Assembly: GCA_951406725.2 (NCBI GenBank)
Contig: OX597826.1
Span: forward strand, 3,844,001-3,908,000
Reading direction: 5' to 3'
From: Octopus vulgaris
Lineage: Eukaryota
Length of the DNA stretch: 64,000 bases
Below the pieces are notes generated by a model, which searched no databases, was not told the origin of the DNA, and was given only the letters and a program-made list of their open reading frames with translations. Both the position numbers and the translations under genes were made by a program. Shown here piece by piece: positions 39,000 to 54,015 of the stretch. Position 1 is the stretch's first letter, and each line of letters begins with the position of its first letter.

Positions 39000-39950
39000 A
39001 AGAAGAGAGAAGAGAGCTTCATTTGATCCAATGTATTCAACAAGGACAGATGACGAGATGGGAGGAACATGTTGTTGAAAGGAAAATAAGTTGGAATGAG
39101 ATATGGAGGTGGACCACATCTCGGCTAAGTTTTCTGATTCGTTCATCCTGTAATGTTTTGCCATCACCTAGAAATCTAGTAAGATGGAACGTCTCAGAGA
39201 ATGATATATGCAAATGCACAAATGTCGGAACACTGAAACATATTCTTTCCAACTGTTCATCAGCTTTGCACAGGTATACATCGAGACACAACCTGGTACT
39301 TAAGGTTATCATTAATGCTATAAAGAACCAAATTGATCTCAACAACAGGGGAAAAAAAACCGCTGAAAGTACTAACTAAAGATTTCATTACCTTCGTGCG
39401 CTCAAGACAGTTGATCCGTTTCAAGAAGAAAACAACAAACTTCCTGTGAGCGAAGTAAAGTGGAACGGCTATTGGGAGGTGACTGCAGGTTTATCAGGGT
39501 GCCAGGAACTCTTTTCCATCCCAGTAATGAAACAATCGGAAAATTTAATGTGGTGTGAAGGGAAGAAAGTTGTGAATCTAGTCGAGTTAACGGTTCCTCA
39601 TGAAAATAACACGGATACCGCGGGGGGCTCGAAAGAATGACGGTTAGAGTGTTTGTTAGACACAGTGTGACACGACTGTTGTTATCGTTAGGCAAAACTC
39701 ATCGTGAAGTATATACCACCATGACCGATATCCAAACTACAGTGGAAAAGGCTAGCCTCTGGATTTGCTTAAAAAGAGACGATGAGCGATGGTTATGAGA
39801 ATATTGAGCTGTATTTAATAACCAGTTGATCTAGCCTAGAGGGTCCTCATATCAGTGAGTGGGCCGGTGCGTATTGATGCCGTTGAGAGGTAGGCCCCGA
39901 AACGGCGCACATTCTCTCCTGATGACCCCATACACTTGCTGGCTTCCGGT
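39000..39950 (+). mobile_element. 3' fragment of HERO/NeSL-like RLE non-LTR retrotransposon
   Basis: QQGQMTRWE..VERKISWNEIW..SRLSFLIRS..VLPSPRNLVRW..CKC..GTLKHILSNC..RYTSRHNLVL (CCHC), then VNLVELTVPHE (RLE) and terminal EKASLWICLKRDDERWL* (stop 39796-39798). Frameshifted. Confidence 0.8.
39878..39929 (+). ncRNA. Pseudoknot-permuted hammerhead-like motif in HERO 3' UTR
   Basis: tgccg-TT-gagagg-taggcccc-GAAA-cggcg-cacat-tctctc-CTGATGA-cccc. Stems III and I flank the core correctly, but stem II is not canonical. Confidence 0.45.
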
Positions 39951-40435
39951 ATGCGGAGTTCGCGACTAGTAACACTTGCATGTGCAAGTTGTTTGAAAAT
40001 CATATCTCAATGGAAAATAGTTAAACAGCTCACAACCAGAGGACACTTGATCATTACTTGCTCATTAGTGCTAATCTAGATTTACACAACACCTCCGAAA
40101 ACAACACAATTACTCGAATATGAATCTGTCTAAACATGATTTCACCTTTATCTGTGGTGTGATGAAAGCAACAAATCAATAGCAATCAACAGGCAGTTAA
40201 CGTCCAAACGAATAATGTTTTAGAGCTTCGCGGAGGTTTTCAAGCATTTATATTACTGTTTGAGTCTACATCAGTTCTGATGAAGAAGACCTATAATTAA
40301 AGGCATTCCAAATTTGGTCATGAGAAAACAATATAGTAGCAAACATATATTTGGCAGAAATTTTTTTACTTTAACCTCGAGCCGACCAAAATCTTGTGAG
40401 TATAGTTGGCAGACGAAAACTCAACGAAGCCGTTG

Positions 40436-40500
<65 letters not shown>

Positions 40501-41487
40501 GTGAGTGTGTCTTTGTGTCTGCATTTGTCCCCCCCACCACCACCACTATTTGTCAACCGGGGGTAGTGTTTAAGTTCTCGCAGCATAGCAATGCAGCAGA
40601 AGAGACCGATAGAATAAGTACCAGACATTTGAGAAAAATAATTGATGTGTTCGATACATTCGACTAAAATTCTTGAAGGCGTTACTCCCGGCATAGCCGC
40701 AGTTCAAAGTTTTCAAGCAAATAAAAGAGACACAAGCACACACATACATACATATATATATATACAAAGACATATACAGACGTATGTATACCGCAGATAG
40801 ATGTTAATTGTGCTTAGCTACAATTATGAAAGAATTCAAAGTTGTCTACAAGTAATTTTTCGAACATACATTATACCTTAAGTATAGAAGACAATTTTTT
40901 AAGCAAGTCAGACGTGAACTAAGCCGCCTCAGCAAACTTTCGAACCGCGTTTGGCAGTAATTTTGCATTCTACGATGTGCGTAATTTACTTTCGCCTTTC
41001 ATTACAAAACTCTACAATGCTATGAAAATTATCGGAAACGATCTAACTGTTGAGCAAGATTCACGTTACCTGTTTTATTTTTCATTTAGACGCAACATAG
41101 GACATTACTATCGAGAGACACTTATTGCATAAAACTAACAGCAGTAGTTACAGACCTCGTTTGTTTAATCGCCCAAGGTAATATTTTTGTGCAACACTTG
41201 GCTACTTCCAGCACTGGTCTTTTAATTTAGCGCTGAAATCTCCAATGATTATGTAAAAGCTGTTTCGTGGTAACTGTTTTATTTATGCTTTTAGCAATAT
41301 ATATATCTATATAAGTACACACACACACACATTTAATATAATACAATATATATATAAACACACAGATGCACAATCATACAGACGTATAATTATATGCACA
41401 ATTTTGTGTACGCCGGTATTTGATGATGTACTTATACACAAACGTACACACACATATAAATATATTTATCTATCTGCCTATCTATCA

Positions 41488-41522
<35 letters not shown>

Positions 41523-41549
41523 TATGAATGTATATATAGATATATATAA

Positions 41550-41590
<41 letters not shown>

Positions 41591-41619
41591 AATGTATATA
41601 TAGATATATAGATATATAA

Positions 41620-41661
<42 letters not shown>

Positions 41662-41707
41662 GTATATATATATATATAAATGTATATATATATATATATA
41701 AATGTAT

Positions 41708-41757
<50 letters not shown>

Positions 41758-42142
41758 CATATGTACAGACTATACACATGCACCATACACACACGCACTC
41801 ATACGCACACACAGATATATTGTTACATTAACATATCTTTGGATATATGCAGTATGTATGCATATGTCACCGTGTACATACCTATATTTCATCAATATTA
41901 ATATCGATATATGTATATATATATATATATATATATGTCTCCTTGTTTGTATGTGTGTGTATGTTTGTGTATGTACATATGTTTACATGTATATATATAT
42001 ATATGTAACTATCTAGTAGCCAAATATCTATATATATATATGTAAACATCGACATATACATATCTATATCTATCTATATATATATATATATGCATACATG
42101 TATACATATATAAGTATAGATATATATGTATATATTTACAAA

Positions 42143-42179
<37 letters not shown>

Positions 42180-42499
42180 TTGTATTTGCTTATGTTTGTA
42201 TGCTCGAATGTATATAATTTATACATCTCTCAAAACAACAGTAATTTTAACAAGAGCAAACATAAGAGGGAGCGCGCTCTCTCTCTCTCTCTCACTCTGA
42301 AAATTGGTGTTTACCAAAGTGTAATTTTTAATGTTGTTTCAATTGATTATTTACAGTATGACTCTGAGCCAAGTTTTAGAAATATATATTAATTTCTTTA
42401 ACTGGCATCGAGCCCAATCTACATGAGGGAACAGGATAGCTGTTTTCAATATCATATAGCAGTGTATTACTGCTACAGTAACAAAACAAAAAAATAGTG

Positions 42500-42566
<67 letters not shown>

Positions 42567-42654
42567 TATATATATGTTTATATATTTATATATATATATA
42601 TATATATGTGTGTGTATGTATATACGTATATATATTACTCTTTTCTCTTTAATT

Positions 42655-43003
42655 CTTTTACTTTTTCAGTCATTTGACTGTGGCCATGCTGGAGCACCAC
42701 CTTTTAGTCGAGCAATTCGACCCCCGGACTTATTCTTTGTAAGCCTAGTACTTATTCTATCGGTCTCTTTTGCCGAACCGCTAAGTTATGGGGACGTAAA
42801 CACACCAGCATCGATTGTCAAGCGATGTTCGTGGGACAAACACAGACACACAAACATATACACATACACATACATATATATATATATATACATATATTCG
42901 ACGACGGGCTTCTTTCAGTTTCCGTCTACCAAATCCACTCACAAGGCTTTGGTCGGCCCGAGGCCTTTGTAGAAAACACTTGCCCAAGGTGCCACGCAGT
43001 GGC
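42655..43003 (-). mobile_element. SINE family A (head truncated)
   Basis: Homology to the other family A copies. Confidence 0.88.
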
Positions 43004-43169
43004 ATATATATATATATATCAATGTACATACATGCACACGTAATGCCCATGTATACATATATATAAATAAATCTCTATATATGTGTTTGTGTGTGTTATT
43101 ATGTATGCATATATATGTGTATATATACGTGCATGTATCAGTCTGTGGTTCATGAAAAGTATACCTTAG

Positions 43170-43251
<82 letters not shown>

Positions 43252-43634
43252 GCATGCGTGTGTGTGGCTCTCTGTGTGTACGCGTGCCTGCGTACATGTG
43301 TAACGGGTATTAGTTTGTTTGCAAGATTTGCTCCTGTGTATGTAATATTGATTTAAAATTTCGTCACAAGGCTAGCAATTTCAGGGGATGAATTAAATCG
43401 ATTACATCAAATCAAATGTTCAACGATTATGTGTTCTATCCACCACAATGGACGGAAGGCATATTCAGCTTCGGCGGAATTTGAACTCAGAACTGAAAAG
43501 CTTACATAATGTTACTAAGCATTCTGTCCAGCTCTCTAACGATTCCGTCAATTCGTTGACCACCTTGTGCGTATAATATTTCTACGATAAATGTACAGGA
43601 GAATTGAATACATTTAAGAAAATGTTGCAAATGC

Positions 43635-44025
43635 CTGTGTGGTATGTAGCTTGATTACGAACCACATGGTTCCGATTTCAGTGGGGTAAGTGTCTTCTAC
43701 TATAGCCTCGGCCCGACCAAAGACTTGTGAGTAGATTTGGTAGACGGAAACTGAAAGAAGCCCGTTGTATATATATGTATGTATGTATGTGTGTGTATAT
43801 GTTTTGTGCGTGTGTTTGTCCCCCAATATCGCTTGACAGCCGATGCTGGTGTGTTTACGTCCCCATAACTTAGCGGTTCGGCAAAAGAGTCCGATACAAT
43901 AAGTACTAAACTTACAAAGAATAAGTCCTGGGGTCGATTTGCTCGACTAAAGGCGGTGCTCCAGCATGGCCACAGTCACATGACTGAAACAAGTAAAAGA
44001 GTAAAAGAGAGTAAGAGTAAAGAAT
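43635..44025 (+). mobile_element. SINE family A
   Basis: tRNA-like head, body, internal microsatellite and (aagagta)n-like tail. Confidence 0.88.
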
Positions 44026-44720
44026 AATATAATTCGTTATATAATCCAGATGATTATCTTGAGTTACAGTTTTACTTATTTGCCCTGCGAGAATGCTCAG
44101 ACGAGCCTAAAATGTGATTATTTTAGAAGCGTGTTAGTGGTTATGCTAAATTGTGCTTTGTCTTACGCAACCCATGATGGTGTATAATTTGCTCATGCTT
44201 TTCATTTAAACAATCTCCTTACGTTGAGAGCGATGAGCTAGAAAATATTCATCTCTTGATATTTAGAATATTTTGGTCTTCTTTCTCCAATATTTTTTTG
44301 TTCTGTTGAATATAAATTATTATACTCAATCGTTCACATAACTAGCAATGATCATAAGTGTGTCCCAGCTATTGTAGAACACCACTAATCAAATGAAGTA
44401 CAACATTATCATCCTCCAAGTCTAGGTGATACTGCGCTGTTTTCTTTCGCCGTCATTATCAGATCGGAGACATTGCTTCATAGAGAGTCGTGGATTATTT
44501 CGCTTATTCTGATATATAACCGATTATGTCATGATTCTTCTTTGATATAGACCCACGTAACAAGGAATCGATTCAGACTTGCATTAAATGTCGAGACACC
44601 ATTAAATTATTTCTTTTTTACCGTGTGATTACTCCTTCTTAGTCAGCCTTTGAACTTTTCAGCACACCCTCGTAAGAATTGTGTCAAGCAGATTCTACCT
44701 GGTCGCACGTGTGTGTTTTG

Positions 44721-44765
<45 letters not shown>

Positions 44766-44783
44766 CGTGTGTGTGTGTATACG

Positions 44784-44824
<41 letters not shown>

Positions 44825-44825
44825 T

Positions 44826-45020
44826 TGTGAGTCTGTGTTTGTCCCCCCAACATCGCTTGACAAGTGATGCTGATGTGATTACGTCCCCGTAATCTAGCGG
44901 TTCGGCAATAGAGACCGACAGAGTAACTACTAGGCTTACAGATAATAAGGCCTGGGTTCGATTTGCTCAACTAAAGGCGGTGCTCCAGCATGGCCGCAGT
45001 CAAATGACTGGAACAAGTAA
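44826..45020 (+). mobile_element. SINE family A, 3' half
   Basis: Matches 43810-44000. Confidence 0.82.
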
Positions 45021-45718
45021 GAGTGTAAAAGAGCACTAGAGCCAATTTATTCGAATTCACAAGCCCTAGGCATTATGTCCGCTGTTCAAAGACAGAAATA
45101 TGGAAAGGATAACCTGATTGAACGTTTTGTACAACTGCGTACTATCTACGAGGCTGCTTCCTAAGTTCAAATTACGACTTTAGCTAATCTTTATCTTTAT
45201 CTTGTATCGGCAAAGTATTTGCGATCCGTAATCAAAATTTTGTCTACGAATGTAAAGAATATATATTTGTTTGAACGTATAATGGTTTGGATTTCAGAAC
45301 TGTTGGTTTAGATGATAAAGGTATCAGTTATTTACAATTTTAGTCTTCGTACTCATTTAAGGTATCGTCCTACAACTGCGACACACACACACACACACAC
45401 ACATACACACATACACACATACACTCATACGCACACTTTTATACATATATATAAATTACAGGCATAAATGCATAGATGTATGCATAAATATACATACATA
45501 TGCATATATATACATATAAACGCACACACTCTTACACACATACACACATACATACATACATACATACAGGCATACACACACACATACATACACACACACA
45601 CACACACATACATACACACATACACACACATACATACATACATACATACACAAGACATACATACATACAGACATACACCCACACATACACACACATACAT
45701 ACATACACAGACATACAT

Positions 45719-45750
<32 letters not shown>

Positions 45751-46349
45751 GCATACATACATACACACACGCATACCCACACACACACACACGCATACAT
45801 ACATACATTACGCCCACACAACTCCAGAGGAAACCCCACGCACACACGCATACATTCACACACACACACACACACATACGTACACACACATACATACATA
45901 CATACTTTCATTCATACATACATACATACATACACACAGACACAAACATACACATACACGCACACAATTATACATACGTATATATACACACACACGCACG
46001 TACAAGCACACACGCACACATACACTAAGTTAAGCACAGTTACTCGCCATACACACAAAAAACGCACACGTACACACACACATACTACAACAAAACACAC
46101 ACACGATACATATACACGCACACACACATACCTCCCTGTTTCTGACATGTCTTTCTGACTTGCTAGGGTACCCCCACACCACTCCTTAATTCTACTACTG
46201 CCTGCTATTAGCCATTGTCCACCATACACACACACGCACACTCTCACACACACACACATGTTATCTCACACACCTTTTTTACCATTCCTTCTTTGATATA
46301 GCTCTCTTGTTTTTAAAAACATCTTCCTCCATTTTTACCACTTCCATCT

Positions 46350-46556
46350 TTTTAGTATGTGACATCGTGAATACCACCTGCAGTTTCTTTTCCTCTGTCC
46401 CCCCGTCTCGGGATCTTTCTTTCTCCTATGTTTCCGACGAAGAGCTCCGCTCGAAACGTCAAGCCATCCTTCTTCTCCTCTTTCCTGAGCGTCCAATAAT
46501 ACTTTATTTGTTCCACATCCTTGCGTTGTTGTCCTTTTGTTTTCTTGTTTGGATTA

Positions 46557-46560
<4 letters not shown>
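46350..46560 (+). mobile_element. PLE terminal-repeat remnant, family P1 copy 3 (U4C core variant)
   Basis: 46430-46464: gttt-CCGACGA-a-gagc-tcc-gctc-GAAA-cg-TC-aagc; ends at (TA)n. Confidence 0.72.
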
Positions 46561-46623
<63 letters not shown>

Positions 46624-46638
46624 GCACATATATATACG

Positions 46639-46691
<53 letters not shown>

Positions 46692-46705
46692 ATTTATATA
46701 TACGA

Positions 46706-46744
<39 letters not shown>

Positions 46745-46984
46745 TACGAACATAGGTTGAGATACAGATATGTGTATATGTATGTACGTTTAGATAGATA
46801 GATAGATAAATACATACATACATACGCACATCCATTGATATATATATACATATACATAAGAGATTGATGCATGGATTCAGTCATATATATATACATTCAT
46901 ACATAATTTATACATAGATGTATGGATACGAAAATACAAAAAAAAAATACATTCTTACACACATGCATACGTAGAAAATAAAAA

Positions 46985-47615
46985 GGAATACTCCCATAAT
47001 AAAAAGGAATACTGGTGGAATGTACCGGTGAAGATCTCAATAAAAAGGAAGCACAACACTCTTGATATAATGATTTAGGATAAGAGAGGAGAAACTGGGC
47101 CCAGTTGTGCAAATTAGCTGCCCCAGTGGATGTTAACACAAAGCTGAAGATCAGTGAAAACAAGAACACCTATGCTGAACTATTAAGAAATATGCAATTA
47201 CTCTATCCCGATTAGAAGTTCAGGTTTATACCTGTAATTATTGAGGCCCTGAGATATGTAACACGCTATCTTGAGAAGTTAGGCTACTCAAAACCAGAAA
47301 GGAGAAAGGTAATTCGAAGACTACAGATCCAATCCATCACTGGAACTGTAAAATCTGTAAAACTTTCCACAAGTTTATCATTTAAATATATATGAGCATG
47401 TTTAGATATACAATTATATGCACGAGAATACCTACATAAAACATACAAATCTGCACATACATACATACATACATACATACATACATACATACATACATAC
47501 ATACATACAAAAAAACAAAATTACCCTGTTGTTTTATGTTGAAATTCCAATAAAGGAACCTTAGATCTAGATTAGAAACCGGTTCTTTTTCTATTGGCGA
47601 GGAATCTTGAAATAA
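46985..47615 (+). mobile_element. 3' end of a second R4-like RLE retrotransposon family
   Basis: Reads KEYWWNVPVK..KHNTLDIMI..VVQISCPVDVN..ENKNTYAELLRNMQLLYP..FIPVIIEAL..LQIQSITGTVK, a degenerate RLE domain, followed by a 3' UTR with internal (CATA)n. Confidence 0.7.
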
Positions 47616-48374
47616 ACACACACACATACATACATACATAATTGCGTACATACATACACACAATTTCAGTAAACTGCCAAATGATTTGCATGTTAGTTAA
47701 ACCAAATGCTTTGAAATATCTTGTCTGCTAACATTTCCTGTGAGTGAAATCTCATGGGAATATCTGAGAGCTCGAACATACTTTTAGCGAGATAACTAAA
47801 CTATGGAAGATAGGTGGGGGGACAACACAACAATTTTATAGCATTGATCCTGATATTAGAGAATTCAACGATATGTTAAAGCGAGAAATTTGAGATTATT
47901 GCTCAAACTGTGAAACTGAAGCGTTTACCAAAGAATGGTCCCGCAGGAATTTTCTTTGTATTATTATTACGGAATGATCTGTGAGTTTCTATAAGCGAAT
48001 GTAAGTGTGCTTGTCTGAATGTGGTGTATATGTGAATGTGTTTTTGTGATGGTTAGAAGCTGCGTGAAATTGTGTAGGTGTATGCGAGTGCGTGCGCTTG
48101 TATGTGTGTTTGTGTGTGTTTGTGTATGTGCGTGAATATTTAACGTTGAAAGAAAGAAAGAGAAAGAGAGAGAGAGGGAAATAAGGAAAGATTATGCTTG
48201 TGTCTTAGGATTTCGGGTTGGGATAATATTTTAGTTTAGATAGTGTGTTTTTCTATCGTTTCCTTTGTTTAAATATGTTTATACGCTAAAATCATACATA
48301 TCTATATAAATTATTTATGTACACACACACACACGTATATATATATATATATATAAGCATAATATATGAATATA

Positions 48375-48455
<81 letters not shown>

Positions 48456-48696
48456 ATATGTATATTTATATATATATATATGTATATATACATATGTGCA
48501 TAAGCACATGCGTATATGTACACACGTATTCATACTCATAAGCATAGATATATATGTGTATGCATGTATGTATACATACCTAGCTATATATACACACATA
48601 CATATATAAATACATGTATGTATGCTTGTATGTGTGTATGCTCGTATACATACCTTTATATATATACATACAAACATACATACATACATACATACA

Positions 48697-48728
<32 letters not shown>

Positions 48729-49013
48729 GGTACACACGAATGTATGTAAGTATGTACATATACCCACCAAGGGACTGTACGATGATGTGCTTTATGGTTT
48801 CAGCCCTGCAGTAATTTTCGTTAATTTTTACACATCTACAGTTTTCCTTTATTCAAAGTATTGTGCTTAATTGTTTAATTTGTGCAAAAGATTGTATTTG
48901 TTTATATAAATGTATTTATTTTCCAAAACACATGTAATTGGAGAGCTCTCTGCTAAATTCTCTAGTGTTGTTTCTGCTCAACAGGATCTTAAATTATTCT
49001 ACCTCACATGCTA

Positions 49014-49117
<104 letters not shown>

Positions 49118-50041
49118 AGTACCATGTGTATGTACTTATATATATAGGTGTGTGTGCGTGTGAACATGAAGACTAAGCATAAAATAAAGAAACGTTAATA
49201 ATTAAAACTTAAGCTTCAACAAGATCATAAACATGTAATGAGCAGCATTAATTGAAAAGCAACATTGTAATTTGAGAAGGAAAAAGCGAATCACAGATGC
49301 GCAGAGAAAGCACGTGATTGTACATGGACACCATTACGCACACGAGTTGCCGAAGCGTGTTTCAATGCCAAGACTGATGTTTAAAGAGTTTTAGTTCGTA
49401 TGTACCAGAGATATTCCGTATTTCCTCCAAAATATTTGTTGCTGTATACATTTACATCCGTGTCACTCAATATATTAAAATCAATATTATATGACTCATA
49501 TATTGTGTACAACAATTGAGATAATGTTGGCGACATGTGTAAATTGTATTTTGTCTTTAATTGTATATTTTATTTCTCTTACGGAACTTTTTGTTCAAAA
49601 CAGGGTCTAAAATGTATCAATGTTGCTGAACCGATAGACATACATACTAAATTGTTTTGTCTCACACTTCTTTTTTATTTGCTGATGAAAATCTTCGCTG
49701 AATCAATGGCATGCTTTGACAATCACGGATGAAATTCTGGGAATAATTTGCCAGAAAATACGGTTTCGAAATTGTGCTAATGCAGATGGTTGATCTAAAC
49801 TGTAAATATCGCTGTTTAGCTCTAAATTCAACTTGATCCTGAAAAGTTATGATAAAAATATTCCCACTGATGAAGGTCTCCTTTGTTTTATCTCCTACAC
49901 TTTATAGTTATAGCAACTTCTACCATTTGTAACTCCACTTTTTAAAACTCACAGAGTATTTAAGTCATAGTTTGAATGATGATATAAAGATTTCCTTTTT
50001 GACTTCTATTTTACGAAGTTTACATACTTTAGGTACAGCTT

Positions 50042-50258
50042 GGCGAGCTGGCAGAAACGTTAGCACGCCGGGCGAAATGCTTAGCAGTATTTCGTCTGCC
50101 GTTACGTTCTGAGTTCAAATTCCGCCTTTGCCTTTCATCCTTTCGGGGTCGATTAAATAAGTACCAATTACGCACCGGGGTCGATATAATCAACTTAATC
50201 CGTTTGTCTGTCCTTGTTCGTCCCCTCTGTGTTTAACCTCTTGTGGGTAGTAAAGAAA
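50042..50258 (+). mobile_element. SINE family B monomer
   Basis: Family B head and unit; 12-bp TSD taggtacagctt (50030-50041) / taggtacagttt (50259-50270). Confidence 0.88.
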
Positions 50259-50276
50259 TAGGTACAGTTTGTACTA

Positions 50277-50479
50277 CAGAGTGGTCCTAAAGATAAGAAA
50301 GTATGTGAATATTTGATAACTCTTTATTTTTTCAGTATTTTATATATGTTCGTTTTTCGGTCATGAATTATGAAATATGAAATTAAAGAAAGAAATGATT
50401 TAACTCTATATAAATGATTTCATTTTTTTTAAAAAGTCATTACCATTTCACTTTCCTCCCTGACTTTTGGTCCACCCTT
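50277..50479. mobile_element. Possible Tc1-type MITE
   Basis: TA-cagagtggtcctaaag ... cttttggtccaccctt-TA degenerate TIRs. A similar right end, ggaccactctgta, occurs at ~61497-61509. Confidence 0.35.
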
Positions 50480-51573
50480 TACAATGTCTTCTTCTAATGC
50501 TGTTCAGTTACATTTACGTTGGAGAAAATTAATTCTCCACAACACTCTCGAGTGAAACATCCCAACGCCATTATACCAATCATCTCCACATCTTCTGATC
50601 CATTATATGCAATCTTCTCAGCGTTTCATTTTGGTCGTGTATAATACATGTAGCAGCTATCGCAGATGAGGGAAATCTTGATGCATCCGAAAAGGTAAAA
50701 TTTTCAAAGAAAGTGAGAACCTTTTATTTGTATATTTCACGAAATTGCTTTCTGACAGCAATATTTTCATTCAATTACATAGGCTTTCAGGGAAAAATAT
50801 CGTAATATAATTTATAGATTCTTTCAGAGTTCCTCTAATGGTATGTGTGCGTAGATACACTTCTAGAGTAATGAAATTCATTGCGAAGAAACTTTGTGTC
50901 AAACTGGTTCTCTGGGAATTCTAATATTACTCTGCACCTTGAACTCGATTCCTTGCCTGTCGGACCTATTTTTGTCACCGATCAGCTCCTCTTGTAATAT
51001 TTATAGACCGAAATATGTATAATGATTAATGGAATATCTAATTGGGTTTTCTTTTAGCCACGTTATGTTATATTAGGCGGCGAATTTCGCAGTGTCATAA
51101 GAGAGGATGACAAAATGGCTTGCAATAATTGACCTAGCACTTAGCAGTCTGAGTTCAAATCCCGGCTAATACAAGCTTGTCTTGTATTCATCGGAGTTTG
51201 ATGAAGTGACATACACGTTCTGAGTCGTTGGTCAAAGAAAAAGGGAGACGTTCAAGCAAGATGTTTGTATACCTTCTATATATATGTTATCTTGATTTTC
51301 TGAGTAATATAGCTACGCCCGTGACTACATTTTGGAGCGCCTCCTCGACTTACAGTTTTGCTGATGTAAATATAAGTATCAGGGCTTTTGTTTCAGGATA
51401 ATCTCTATACTTCCTCATAAGATCTTTGGAAAACCTAAGAAAAGAGATTCAGTTTGCTTTTGCCATCCCCTAACTAGTTAAGAGATAAATTAAGAGGTAG
51501 AAAGTTACCTTCTGATTACATTCATCAGAATGTCGGAAGGGAATTCGCTTCCAGGAAAGTGAAATAATTACAT

Positions 51574-51654
<81 letters not shown>

Positions 51655-53006
51655 TATATACATACATGCATATATAATTATACACGCCTATATATATATA
51701 AGAAGCAGAAGCTATATAGTAGAAGTAGAAATGGAAGAGAGAGGGGATACAGAATGTCTGGGCACCAGAGGATGGGGCCCGTCTGTGCGTGACTAGGTAG
51801 CTAACCTGTCCGGTGGCCAAAGCATTTGGAGTAAAATTTGTTAAATAGAAACTGTATGGAATCCTGCCAAATGAAATGCAATTAATTAAAAGAGCCAACC
51901 TAGTCTCACACCAAATATGTAACCAATAAGGAGAAATGAAGAAGCCTGTGACCCACAGCGACCCACAACTCCCTGTCAATAGAATTATTCATCTGATATT
52001 TCGCTTTATTCTTTTGCGAATAAATCTTTCATAATAGTTGAGAAACATTCAATTGAAATTCTGGCTACGTCCATCATGTGTCACACAGATTCTGTCCCAG
52101 AATTACATTAAGGCCACAAAAATAACTATGGAATACTCAGCCAAATGACACTAAAATTAGATCCTTGACCTGTAATTAAAAGGTCAGGCAATGTCACATT
52201 GGGTTTTACTGATTTTACTTATGGATTATGTTGTGCTGTGGTATGCTCGGCCAGCAATATGTTAATATAATATGTAAAAAATAAGACTGCAAGCTAACAG
52301 AATCATTAGCCCACTGGGCAAAATACTTTACATTCTGAGTTCAAATTCCACCTAGGTTGACTTTGCCGTTCATCCTTTGATAAAACAGATACTAGTTGAA
52401 TGTTTAACTAATTCAGTTGGTCATCCTAGAAACAAATGAAGATCCATTTCCTTTAGTGTTTGTGTACCTATACAAATCAGCAAATGAGCCAATGTGGTAA
52501 TCTCTGTATGGTTGCTCATTTTGCTAGAAACAACAGCCAAATCTCCCTAACACTATGCTCTAACATTTAAACAATGGACACGTTAAATTAAGTTGTCCTA
52601 CATATTCAAGAAAATTTTGCGACCGTTCCATTTCTCTTTGGTGTATTTATACTACCTGTTATACACTTGTTATACGTGAACTAATTTAAACTATTAGCGA
52701 GGGAGCTTGTGAGGTTGAATCTATGCTAGAAATAACAACCAGATTACCTCATATCATACCTTAAAGTCAGCCGGAGAAGTTGAATTGTTGGGAATCTTTT
52801 TTTAACTTGTGTCTTATATCTATTGTTCAAATTATGAATACATCCGAGAATGTGGACAGCAAGAATGAAGAATGCAGATGAATACAGGAATAGTAAAAGA
52901 ACGATTGTACTTGCAGCTCGGAGCCGAAGGGACGCTGAAATTCCCTTAGATAATACCTACATTGCACACCGCAAGGTGCAATGATTGCATACTTTCTCTA
53001 CGGGGT

Positions 53007-53074
<68 letters not shown>

Positions 53075-53439
53075 GCGTGCGTGTGTGACATTATCGTAAT
53101 TTCTTACAATTAGCCTAGGCCAACTTGTAAAAGATTGTAAAAGAAACTATGATATCATGTGATCAATAGTTGAACGATTCAGTGAAAGAGGAGAAAGTGC
53201 AGTGAATGATGATTGGAATAACGAATTCTATGTCATCGGAGGCAGTAGTTCTATAAGCCCTCAGCCCCTACACCTATGCTGGCACTACAAATGTATGAGC
53301 CAGAACGTAGCTGCTCTCCCCATGCACCAGATTAATTTTCAGACCACAACAGCTAGCTCCAATGCATAGCGCTAAAGATTTTTCTAAAATCTAAGACTAC
53401 GATTGTATTTGTCTTGGTTTAGGAAAAATGATTAAATTG

Positions 53440-53735
53440 TATGGGGGTTAAGCCTGCAATACCGACCTCCTAAGAAGTTGAAATTTTAGGAATATTACTT
53501 CATTTGTGTCTAATATCTATGGTTAAAATTTCATCAACAGCAAAATTATCAGAATTTTCATGGGGGTTATGACCTCACTTATGCCACCCCAACATTGTAT
53601 GAAACATACGGCATTACCCTTCTCCTTAGGCTTGGACTTTGGGTCCCAAATTTCATTAGCATAGGTCCAGCGGTTTTCGAGTCTATACGTAGCACACGAA
53701 CACATGGACGGACATAGACATTGATTTTTCTATAC
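53440..53735 (-). mobile_element. Helitron-like non-autonomous remnant
   Basis: ccaaatttcattagcataggtccagcggttttcgagtctata...acggacatagacattgatttttctata resembles the reverse complement of the Helitron 5' region seen at 1575-1680 (accgattctgatgaaactt). Confidence 0.45.
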
Positions 53736-53781
53736 ATACATACATACATACATACATACATACATACATACACACACACAT

Positions 53782-53821
<40 letters not shown>

Positions 53822-53981
53822 TTATATGTATATATATAAATATATATATTTATATATACATATTCATATATATATATATATATATATATCTACATATACA
53901 CATATACGTGCTTATACATATTCATATATAAATATATATATATATATACATACACATACATACATATATATATGTGTGTGC

Positions 53982-54015
<34 letters not shown>

